From Candidatus Lindowbacteria bacterium RIFCSPLOWO2_12_FULL_62_27 (GTDB taxonomy: Bacteria; Lindowbacteria; 2-12-FULL-62-27): a stretch of DNA of 64,000 bases. The notes under the pieces are model-generated. The model worked only from the letters and a program-made list of their open reading frames with translations. It made no database searches and was not told the DNA's origin. Shown here piece by piece: positions 56,810 to 64,000 of the stretch. Position 1 is the first letter of the stretch. Every line of letters begins with the position of its first letter. The stretch spans positions 1 through 64,000 of the forward strand of contig MFPR01000004.1 of assembly GCA_001784175.1 (NCBI GenBank), in the 5' to 3' direction. The position numbers and the translations under genes were made by a program.

Positions 56810-59314
56810 ATGAACGAAGAAACAGTCCTTCACGCAATGCCATACATCAAGGAAATCGTTGATGACACCGTATTTCTTCTCGCGCCGTCCGTTCCAAACT
56901 GGATTGCCACAGATGAGCGCGGCGCGAAGATTCTCTCATTCGTGGATGGTCGCCGCACGGCTGGCCGGATCACGGATCGTTATTGCCGTGATATGAGCAT
57001 CGACCGAACGCGCGGGTGGCTCCATGTCCACACATTTCTCAAGGACGCGCTTCGCCATCAATTTGTCTCCCCGAATCCCGTCACGCCGCAGGTCTACAAA
57101 GGCCGCGCCGCATATCTCGAACCCACGGCGCTTCGGGAACTCTGGATTCACACGAACAATTCCTGCAACCTGGCCTGCACGCACTGTCTTGTTCGCTCCG
57201 GCCCGAACGGTGACGCGGGGCCTGAAACGCGGAAGATTCTGAAATGGATTGACGAGGGTCTCGCGCTCGGTGTCGAGCGATTTTATTTCACCGGCGGCGA
57301 GCCGATGGCGCGGAAGGATTTCTGGGAACTGGTCGAATATGTGACCTCGCTGGCCGAGATGGCAGTGCTGACCAACGGAACGCTTATTTCAGGCGAGCGG
57401 CTGGAGCGCCTCCGCCAGTGCGATCCGAACCTTTTGAAACTCCAGATCAGCCTCGACGGTTCGACCCCGGAAACCAATGATCCGATCCGAGGCCCCGGAA
57501 GTTTTCGCCGCGCGGTGGAGGGAATCCGAAATGCGGTCTCCGCCGGATTTTACCCAACGCTGACAACGGTTGTGACGCGCCAAAACGTGGATGATCTGTC
57601 CGGCATCGTACGGCTTGCGGCTGACCTGCGCCTCACAGCCGTTCATTTCATGTGGATGCATCTCAAAGGCCGGGCGGCCGAAAATAATCAGATGGCGGCC
57701 GGCATTCTGGAAATGATTGAAGCGGTGGAAAAAGCCCGCCGGACCGCCGCTGAACTTGGCGTCTATGTGGACAACATCGAAGCCGCAAAGACACGGATGG
57801 GCGGGCCCGCCGGGCTTAAAATGGATCTTTCCAACGCCGCCTGGGAAAGCCTCTGCATCTACTCGGACGGAGGAGTCTATCCGTCCGCCGCTACTGTTCA
57901 GGTGGCCGAGCTTCGGCTGGGCGACGCCAATCGCGCATCACTGAAAGAGATTTGGTTGACATCGCCCGTCGCGCGAAAAATGCGCGAGGCGAGCGTCGAG
58001 CAAATGGATCAATGCAGGGGATGCCGTTACAAATTCCTCTGCGGGGGCGGTGACATTGAGCACAGGTATTTTTTTGGACGAAACGGACACGCGGATAGCC
58101 GCCGGAACGGTACCGCCTTCATTGGCGACGATCCCTACTGCGGTCTCTACCAGAGTCTCATCGGAACGGCGATGCGCGAAATGGCCCGGCGCGGCGATCA
58201 ACGGAACGGTCCCAAGACCGGCTTTGACGCCCCGACCGTCTTTGCCGGAATGGGCGATGTTCGGACGCATGATTTTGGACTCCGGAACGGCCACGCCGCC
58301 GAGCCTGCGGATAAAATACGAGTTGCGGTCAAACATTCCAACTGCGTGCTGGCCTTCGATCTCGACACGTATCGCCGACCCGTTCGGGAATTTTACGGCG
58401 AAGCCGCCGAAAAACCGCAGGCCGATCTTTGCTGTCCGATCAAATACAACTCCGAATTTCTCGACCACATCCCGAAAGAGGCCATTGAAGTTTTCTACGG
58501 TTGCGGCGGTCCCATGCAGGAGGCGGACATCCGCGAAGGCCAGACAGTGGTCGATCTCGGATCGGGCGGCGGCATCGACTGTTTCATCGCCGCCAAACGC
58601 GTTGGACCGGCCGGGCGGGTGATCGGCGTCGACATGACGGACAAGATGCTGAATCTGGCCGGGCAGAATCGCGTCAAAGTCGCCGCGAATCTCGGCTATG
58701 ACAACGTCGAATTTCGAAAAGGATTTCTTGAATCGGTTCCCGTCGATGACAAATCCGCCGATCTGGTCACCTCGAACTGCGTCGTCAATCTGTCGCCGGA
58801 CAAGCGCAAGGTTTTCCGCGAAATCTGGCGGATCCTCAAGGATACGGGAACGGTTCTCATTTCCGATATCGTGACCGAGCGGGAATTGCCCCTGCACCTC
58901 GCCGTGAACAACCGGCTGGTGGGCGAATGCATCGGCCAGGCTCTGACCGAGGAGCAATTTCTCGCCTATCTCGAGCAGGCCGGATTCTACGGCATCACCG
59001 TCACCAAGAAGTTTTTCTGGAAGGATGTGGAAGGTCATCCCGTCTATTCCATCACCGTGCGCGGGCAAAAATTCGAAAAAACGAAAGGGTGCGTCTTTAT
59101 CGGTCAGCAAGCGATTTATCACGGCCCGTTCAAGTCCGTGACGGACGAGGAAGGGCACCTTTTTCCAAGAAACGAGCCTGTCGAAATCTGCACCGACACC
59201 GCCGCCAAACTCTCCGCGCCGCCTTACAACGCCTTTTTCACGGTTACGTCGCCGGACGGCAAGGTCGAGAGCGCGTGTTGTCTGGCCGGAACCGACGGCA
59301 AATCCTGTTGCTGA
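56810..59314 (+). CDS. Radical SAM/SPASM domain fused to ArsM-like methyltransferase
   Basis: CNLACTHC, TGGEP; CRGC.....CGGG...C; then LCCP, FYGCGGP, DLGSGGG, SNCVVNL, GECI; C-terminal CC...CC. Confidence 0.85.
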   Translation: MNEETVLHAMPYIKEIVDDTVFLLAPSVPNWIATDERGAKILSFVDGRRTAGRITDRYCRDMSIDRTRGWLHVHTFLKDALRHQFVSPNPVTPQVYKGRAAYLEPTALRELWIHTNNSCNLACTHCLVRSGPNGDAGPETRKILKWIDEGLALGVERFYFTGGEPMARKDFWELVEYVTSLAEMAVLTNGTLISGERLERLRQCDPNLLKLQISLDGSTPETNDPIRGPGSFRRAVEGIRNAVSAGFYPTLTTVVTRQNVDDLSGIVRLAADLRLTAVHFMWMHLKGRAAENNQMAAGILEMIEAVEKARRTAAELGVYVDNIEAAKTRMGGPAGLKMDLSNAAWESLCIYSDGGVYPSAATVQVAELRLGDANRASLKEIWLTSPVARKMREASVEQMDQCRGCRYKFLCGGGDIEHRYFFGRNGHADSRRNGTAFIGDDPYCGLYQSLIGTAMREMARRGDQRNGPKTGFDAPTVFAGMGDVRTHDFGLRNGHAAEPADKIRVAVKHSNCVLAFDLDTYRRPVREFYGEAAEKPQADLCCPIKYNSEFLDHIPKEAIEVFYGCGGPMQEADIREGQTVVDLGSGGGIDCFIAAKRVGPAGRVIGVDMTDKMLNLAGQNRVKVAANLGYDNVEFRKGFLESVPVDDKSADLVTSNCVVNLSPDKRKVFREIWRILKDTGTVLISDIVTERELPLHLAVNNRLVGECIGQALTEEQFLAYLEQAGFYGITVTKKFFWKDVEGHPVYSITVRGQKFEKTKGCVFIGQQAIYHGPFKSVTDEEGHLFPRNEPVEICTDTAAKLSAPPYNAFFTVTSPDGKVESACCLAGTDGKSCC

Positions 59315-59345
59315 ACGAGGCCGCCGGATTGGTCGCAAAATAAAT

Positions 59346-60857
59346 ATGGAGAAGATCGACCTTCGGCCGGACGACGAACATAACCGCACGCTTCTGAAAA
59401 ACGCCCGACCGCCGGACTGGATCAATCCCACGCCCGCGGCCAAATACCATCTCGTCGTGATCGGCGCCGGCACGGCGGGACTTGTGACCGCGGCCGGCGC
59501 GGCCGGACTCGGCGCGAAAGTTGCGCTTGTGGAAAAGCACCTCATGGGCGGCGATTGCCTCAACTACGGATGCGTCCCCTCCAAGGCCCTCATTCGTTCA
59601 GCCCGTGCCGCGGCGGCCGCGCGGAGTGCCGCGTCGTTCGGCGTCCAAACGGGCAACGTCTCCGTCAATTTCCCGGCCGTCATGGAACGAATGCGCCGCC
59701 TGCGCGCCGACATCAGCCCGAACGACTCGGCCACGCGTTTCAGGAAACTGGGTGTGGATGTGTTCATCGGCGCCGGCAAGTTCACCGGCTCCGACACGGT
59801 TCAGGTGGGAGATAAAACGCTCCGTTTTAAGAAAGCCGTCATCGCCACCGGCGCCCGCGCCTCGGCGCCGCCTGTTCCCGGATTGAATGAGGTCCCTCAT
59901 CTGACGAACGAAACGCTTTTCTCGCTGACCGGCCTCCCGAAACGTTTCGGCGTTATCGGCGCGGGTCCGATCGGCTGCGAGATGGCTCAAAGCTTCTCGC
60001 GTTTCGGTTCGGAGGTATATCTCGTCGAAGCATTGCACGGCATCCTGCCGCGCGAAGACCGGGATGCCGCCGGCATTGTGCAGGCTGCCCTTGCGCGCGA
60101 CGGAGTCAAATTGTGGTGTTGCGGTAAAGGCCTGAAACTTTCAAAAACGGAGGGCGGGGGTCGGATGCAAGTCGAATCCCACGGAACAAACTACGACGTG
60201 GTGGTGGACCAGCTTCTTGTGGCCGTCGGCCGTGCGCCTAACGTCGAGGGATTAAGACTGGAAACCGTGGGTGTCGAATTTGACAAAAAGGGCGTGAAAG
60301 TGAACGACCGCCTCCAAACAACCAACCCCCGCATCTTCGCCTGCGGCGACGTCTGTTCACCCTATCAGTTCACCCACGCGGCGGATTTCATGGCGCGAAT
60401 CGTAATCCAAAACGCCCTGTTCCTCGGCCGCGCCCGCGTTGGGGCGTTGACGATCCCCTGGTGCACCTACACCGATCCCGAATTGGCCCACGTGGGACTC
60501 TCCGAAACGGAAGCAAAGACCAAAAACATCCCCATCCAAACTTTTACGCAAGAACTCAAAGACGTAGATCGGGCCGTATTGGACGGCGAGCCTGAAGGCC
60601 TGGTCAAAGTGCATGTCGAACCCGGCGGCAAGCGAATCCTTGGCGCAACCATCGTCGCCGGCCATGCAGGTGAAATGATCGACGAACTGACGCTTGCGAT
60701 GAATGCCGGCCTCGGCCTTTCCGCGATCGCAAAAACCATCCATCCCTACCCCACACAGGCCGAAGCCATCCGGCGCACCGGCGATGCGTGGAACCGGACG
60801 CGGCTGACACCGGTGGCGAAAAAGCTTCTGAATCTCTGGCTGAAGATCAGCGGTTAG
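59346..60857 (+). CDS. FAD-dependent disulfide oxidoreductase (MerA/Lpd-like, lacks MerA C-terminal CC)
   Basis: GAGTAG, GGDCLNYGCVPSK, GAGPIG, HPYPT. Confidence 0.88.
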   Translation: MEKIDLRPDDEHNRTLLKNARPPDWINPTPAAKYHLVVIGAGTAGLVTAAGAAGLGAKVALVEKHLMGGDCLNYGCVPSKALIRSARAAAAARSAASFGVQTGNVSVNFPAVMERMRRLRADISPNDSATRFRKLGVDVFIGAGKFTGSDTVQVGDKTLRFKKAVIATGARASAPPVPGLNEVPHLTNETLFSLTGLPKRFGVIGAGPIGCEMAQSFSRFGSEVYLVEALHGILPREDRDAAGIVQAALARDGVKLWCCGKGLKLSKTEGGGRMQVESHGTNYDVVVDQLLVAVGRAPNVEGLRLETVGVEFDKKGVKVNDRLQTTNPRIFACGDVCSPYQFTHAADFMARIVIQNALFLGRARVGALTIPWCTYTDPELAHVGLSETEAKTKNIPIQTFTQELKDVDRAVLDGEPEGLVKVHVEPGGKRILGATIVAGHAGEMIDELTLAMNAGLGLSAIAKTIHPYPTQAEAIRRTGDAWNRTRLTPVAKKLLNLWLKISG

Positions 60858-61009
60858 CGCCGGACTGACTGAACGCGACCGAAAGGTCAACGCCAAAGAC
60901 CAATCGGTCCGTGTTTGTGAGATGACAGCCTTCATGGTGCGCCGGTCACTCGTTTCTTAACACGCCGTTCACCAAGCAGAAATAAAAACTTTTGCTCCGC
61001 AGGGTCGGT

Positions 61010-61025
61010 TGGACCGCTGTTTGCA
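61010..61025 (+). promoter_or_regulatory. Possible sigma54 promoter of the nxr-like cluster
   Basis: tGGaccgctgttTGCa. Confidence 0.4.
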
Positions 61026-61038
61026 TTGAATCTGTGCA

Positions 61039-62580
61039 ATGAATCGGAACGTGACTCTGGCTTGCGTTTTGACGATTTTCGTCTCCGCCTGCGGGCAGGC
61101 GCCCTCTCGCGATACTGGGCAGAAAGTTTACTCCGCCTCCTGCGCGCCGTGTCACGGCGCATCCGGCAAAGGCGACGGTGAGCTTGCGGCGTTTTTGTAT
61201 CCCCGGCCGCGCGATTTTACGCGGGGCACATACAAGATCCGGTCGGTCATGGACGCAACGCCGGCCGACGCGGACCTTCGGCGCGTGATCGAGCACGGCA
61301 TGTCGGGGTCTGCGATGCCGGCGTGGAAGGGGCGGCTTTCCGATCAGGAAATATCGTCCGTCCTTTCCTATATTAAGACGCTTGCGCCGGACGCCTTTTC
61401 AACGCCGCCGACCCAGCCGGTCAGGGTGGGCACGCCTCCGGACCCTACGCCCGAACGGCTCTCCTCCGGCAAACTCGTCTACCAAAAAATGCAGTGCGCC
61501 AAATGCCACGGCGAGCGCGGCGTGGGGGACGGGCCGTCGGCTGCGGCCCTCAAGGACGATCTGGGGATGCCCATCCCGCCGGCCGATTTCACGCTCGGGA
61601 TTTTCAAGGGCGGCGACGATCCGCGCGATATCTACACGCGATTTACGACCGGCATGCTCGGCACGCCCATGCCGAGTTTCGGAGACTTGCTGACCGACGA
61701 CGACCGCTGGAACCTCACGCTCTACGTGAAATCGCTTGCGACGGAATCGATCCTCGACGACGAACCGCAGACCATCGTGGCGGCGATGACCTCCAAAATC
61801 ACCGACAACCCCTACGACCCGGTCTGGACCAAACTTCCACCCGTGCGCGTCGCGCTCCGGCCGCTCTGGCAGCGGGCGCGGTACGCAAGGCTCGCGGAAG
61901 TGCGTGCGGCGCACGACGGCAAAACGCTTGCGGTTCATCTCGTCTGGTATGATCCGAGCGAGGACGCGAGCAACGTCGAAGTCGACCGGTTCACGGACGC
62001 GGCGGCCGTGCAGTTTCCGCTGTCGACCACGCCGGGATTTTTCGGCATGGGCGCCGTCCTGTCGCCGTCCAATATATGGCATTGGAAGGCGGACATTCAG
62101 GCGGACATCGATCTCCGAAAGGCGGACCACCGGCGCCGGGACGTCGAAACCGCCTATCCCAACATGGCGGCCGACGCGTATCCGTTTTTGGGCAAGGATT
62201 GGAGCGGCGCCGCGCATGACGACCGGCGGCGGCCCGCAAAAGATTATGACGACCCCGCGTTCCTCACGGCCTGGGCGGCCGACAATCCCCTCGCCGATCC
62301 CGAACGGAAAAGTCCCTGCACCGAATACAACGCCGAAGGACCCGGCAGCCTGACGGTCCAGCCGCATGGCCATCAGAGCATCAACGGCGCCGGCGTCTGG
62401 CGCGGCGGCGTCTGGACGCTCGTGCTCCTGCACGAGCTGCACTCCGGCGACGAGATGGACGCGATGTTCACGATGGGCGACGAGCGGCCGGTGGCGTTCG
62501 CGATCTGGGACGGCGCCGCCGGCGACCGCGACGGCCAGAAGGTCGTGTCGCAGTGGCACAAGATGGTGCTGCGGCCGTGA
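61039..62580 (+). CDS. Diheme cytochrome c fused to an EbdC/NxrC-like (DMSO reductase gamma) heme domain, lipoprotein
   Basis: VSAC lipobox; CAPCH, CAKCH; DAAAVQFP...MG, WHWKAD, AFAIWDG...RDGQK. Confidence 0.82.
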   Translation: MNRNVTLACVLTIFVSACGQAPSRDTGQKVYSASCAPCHGASGKGDGELAAFLYPRPRDFTRGTYKIRSVMDATPADADLRRVIEHGMSGSAMPAWKGRLSDQEISSVLSYIKTLAPDAFSTPPTQPVRVGTPPDPTPERLSSGKLVYQKMQCAKCHGERGVGDGPSAAALKDDLGMPIPPADFTLGIFKGGDDPRDIYTRFTTGMLGTPMPSFGDLLTDDDRWNLTLYVKSLATESILDDEPQTIVAAMTSKITDNPYDPVWTKLPPVRVALRPLWQRARYARLAEVRAAHDGKTLAVHLVWYDPSEDASNVEVDRFTDAAAVQFPLSTTPGFFGMGAVLSPSNIWHWKADIQADIDLRKADHRRRDVETAYPNMAADAYPFLGKDWSGAAHDDRRRPAKDYDDPAFLTAWAADNPLADPERKSPCTEYNAEGPGSLTVQPHGHQSINGAGVWRGGVWTLVLLHELHSGDEMDAMFTMGDERPVAFAIWDGAAGDRDGQKVVSQWHKMVLRP

Positions 62581-63503
62581 AATCCGAAATCCGTAATCTG
62601 AAATCCGCACAGCCGTGTCCGTTGGTCACCTACGACCCGGCGCTGATCGAGGCCCTCGTCCGGTCGAAGGTCGATGCGGCGGCGGACGCGGATCAGAGCT
62701 GGATCAACGCCTACCGGGACGAGCTGGACGACATCTATGAGCGCAGCCCGGAAGAGCGCGAATCGCTCTTCGCCTCCCTGGATCGCCGCTATTTTCAGCG
62801 CGTCGGCATTCCGGCGATTGTGGAGGAGTGCCTTGCGGAGCGCGCCGGGGCGCTGCCCAAAACATGCAATGTGACCATGCTGTCGGCACAAGACCGGTCG
62901 GAAGAGGGCGCGGACGTAAACCGCGCCGGCCAGATGATCCTGCGCTTCCGGACCGCGACGCTGGCCGACTCGGAAAAATTTCGGCGGCGGCTGCGCAGGG
63001 AGATTGTCCAGGCGGCCGATTGTTTCAACCCGGAATTCGGCCATGCCCCGGAATTGCTGGACGCGCTGCTTCCATCCGAAAGAGAGCGCATCCGCGCGGC
63101 CCTGACCCTGCTCTGGGCGCTGACGGCGCAGATTCGGCTCTGCGCCGAGGAACCGTTGAAGACCGGCGCAACCGCGCAGGTTGAGAAAGAACGCCTGGAC
63201 CGGCTGGCCGCGGATCTGCGCGCCGCGCTGTGCGGCGACGCCCATGCGCCGCTGGCCGAACTTCTCCAGGACCTCCCGGCTCGGCCGCCGGCCTTCGGCC
63301 GGATGCTTGAGTTTTGCCGCCGGCACGCGGGCTCGGAGGCCGCGGCCTCCGGCATCTGCGATCTCTGCCGCTTTCCCTCCGAGGACGTTCAGACGTTGAG
63401 CGTCCTGCCGGACAACGTCCGCCGGGCGCTGACAGCGGAATTTACGTCACTCCAAAATATGTCACACGTCTGCGCACGCTGCGCCGAACGGTCCGCGATA
63501 TGA
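62577..63503 (+). CDS. Hypothetical protein with C-terminal CxxC...CxxC
   Basis: 4-nt overlaps with both neighbours; CDLCRFP and CARC; start uncertain. Confidence 0.65.
   Translation: MKSEIRNLKSAQPCPLVTYDPALIEALVRSKVDAAADADQSWINAYRDELDDIYERSPEERESLFASLDRRYFQRVGIPAIVEECLAERAGALPKTCNVTMLSAQDRSEEGADVNRAGQMILRFRTATLADSEKFRRRLRREIVQAADCFNPEFGHAPELLDALLPSERERIRAALTLLWALTAQIRLCAEEPLKTGATAQVEKERLDRLAADLRAALCGDAHAPLAELLQDLPARPPAFGRMLEFCRRHAGSEAAASGICDLCRFPSEDVQTLSVLPDNVRRALTAEFTSLQNMSHVCARCAERSAI
62579..62610. repeat. Heptamer tandem repeat (GAAATCC-like x4)
   Basis: gaaatcc gaaatcc gtaatct gaaatcc gcac. Confidence 0.7.
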
Positions 63504-64000
63504 CCTGGTCCGTATCCCGCCGCGCGTTCCTCCAGGCCGGCAGCCTCGCCGCGCTCCTCGCCGCCTGCGGCAAATCCAATCTCCGCCAGCTCAAAGGCAT
63601 CGTGGGCGTCGAGAACCCGCTCGAATATTATCCGGAACGCGGCTGGGAAAAAGTCTATCGGGACCAGTACCGGTACGACCGTTCCTTCACCTACGTGTGC
63701 TCTCCGAACGACACCCACGCCTGCCGCGTGCGGGCCTTTGTTCGAAACGGCGTGATCGTCCGCGTCGAGCAGAATTACGACATCCAGAATTACGCCGACC
63801 TCTACGGCAACAAGGCCACGCGCAACTGGAACCCGCGGATGTGCCCCAAGGGCATGACGTTCCCCCGCCGCGTCTACGGGCCCTACCGCCTCAAGCAACC
63901 GCTCATGCGGAAGGGCTGGAAGGCATGGGCGGACGACGGCTTTCCGTATCTGACGGCGGCGCTTCGGACCAAATACAAATTCGACAGCCGCGGCGCGGAC
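63500..64000 (+). CDS. nxrA: Periplasmic nitrite oxidoreductase/nitrate reductase alpha subunit, Nitrospira/anammox type (partial)
   Basis: Manual translation: SRRAFLQ Tat...NPLEYYPERGWEKVYRDQYRYD...CSPNDTHACR...VEQNYD...DLYGNKATRNWNPRMC...RRVYGPYRL...RKGW. Confidence 0.88.
   Translation, partial: MTWSVSRRAFLQAGSLAALLAACGKSNLRQLKGIVGVENPLEYYPERGWEKVYRDQYRYDRSFTYVCSPNDTHACRVRAFVRNGVIVRVEQNYDIQNYADLYGNKATRNWNPRMCPKGMTFPRRVYGPYRLKQPLMRKGWKAWADDGFPYLTAALRTKYKFDSRGAD

Noticed and set aside
56810-59314. Selenocysteine read-through in the radical SAM-ArsM or DUF3179 genes
   Set aside because: No in-frame TGA at a conserved Cys position was seen; the ORFs look complete
59346-60857. Mercuric reductase MerA
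   Set aside because: No C-terminal CC pair and no N-terminal HMA domain

Overview
A GC-rich bacterial window dominated by respiratory redox genes and metal(loid) detoxification genes. From left to right: (i) a minus-strand Rieske/cytochrome b complex with a nonaheme and a c554-like tetraheme cytochrome, plus mobAB; (ii) a B12-type radical SAM gene; (iii) an apparent long operon encoding an A-type heme-copper oxidase that seems to lack the K-channel Lys/Thr, followed by NapA, two tetraheme cytochromes, NrfC/NrfD-like proteins, a sigma54 two-component system, ArsC and a Crp/Fnr regulator; (iv) an operon with three cupredoxins, a ferritin-like protein and a polyferredoxin membrane protein, then two diheme peroxidases, a Rieske protein and an AioA-like molybdoenzyme, which together match the iodate reductase (Idr) gene set; (v) a second sigma54 two-component system, several toxin-antitoxin pairs and a SWIM/SNF2 pair; (vi) MerR- and ArsR-controlled metal(loid) operons and a cluster with a radical SAM-ArsM fusion; (vii) the start of a Nitrospira/anammox-type periplasmic nitrite oxidoreductase (NxrA) cluster, cut by the right edge. 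Several small palindromic repeats sit in frame inside genes. All calls come from motif reading and recalled family features; no database search was run, and the taxonomy cannot be determined from this window.
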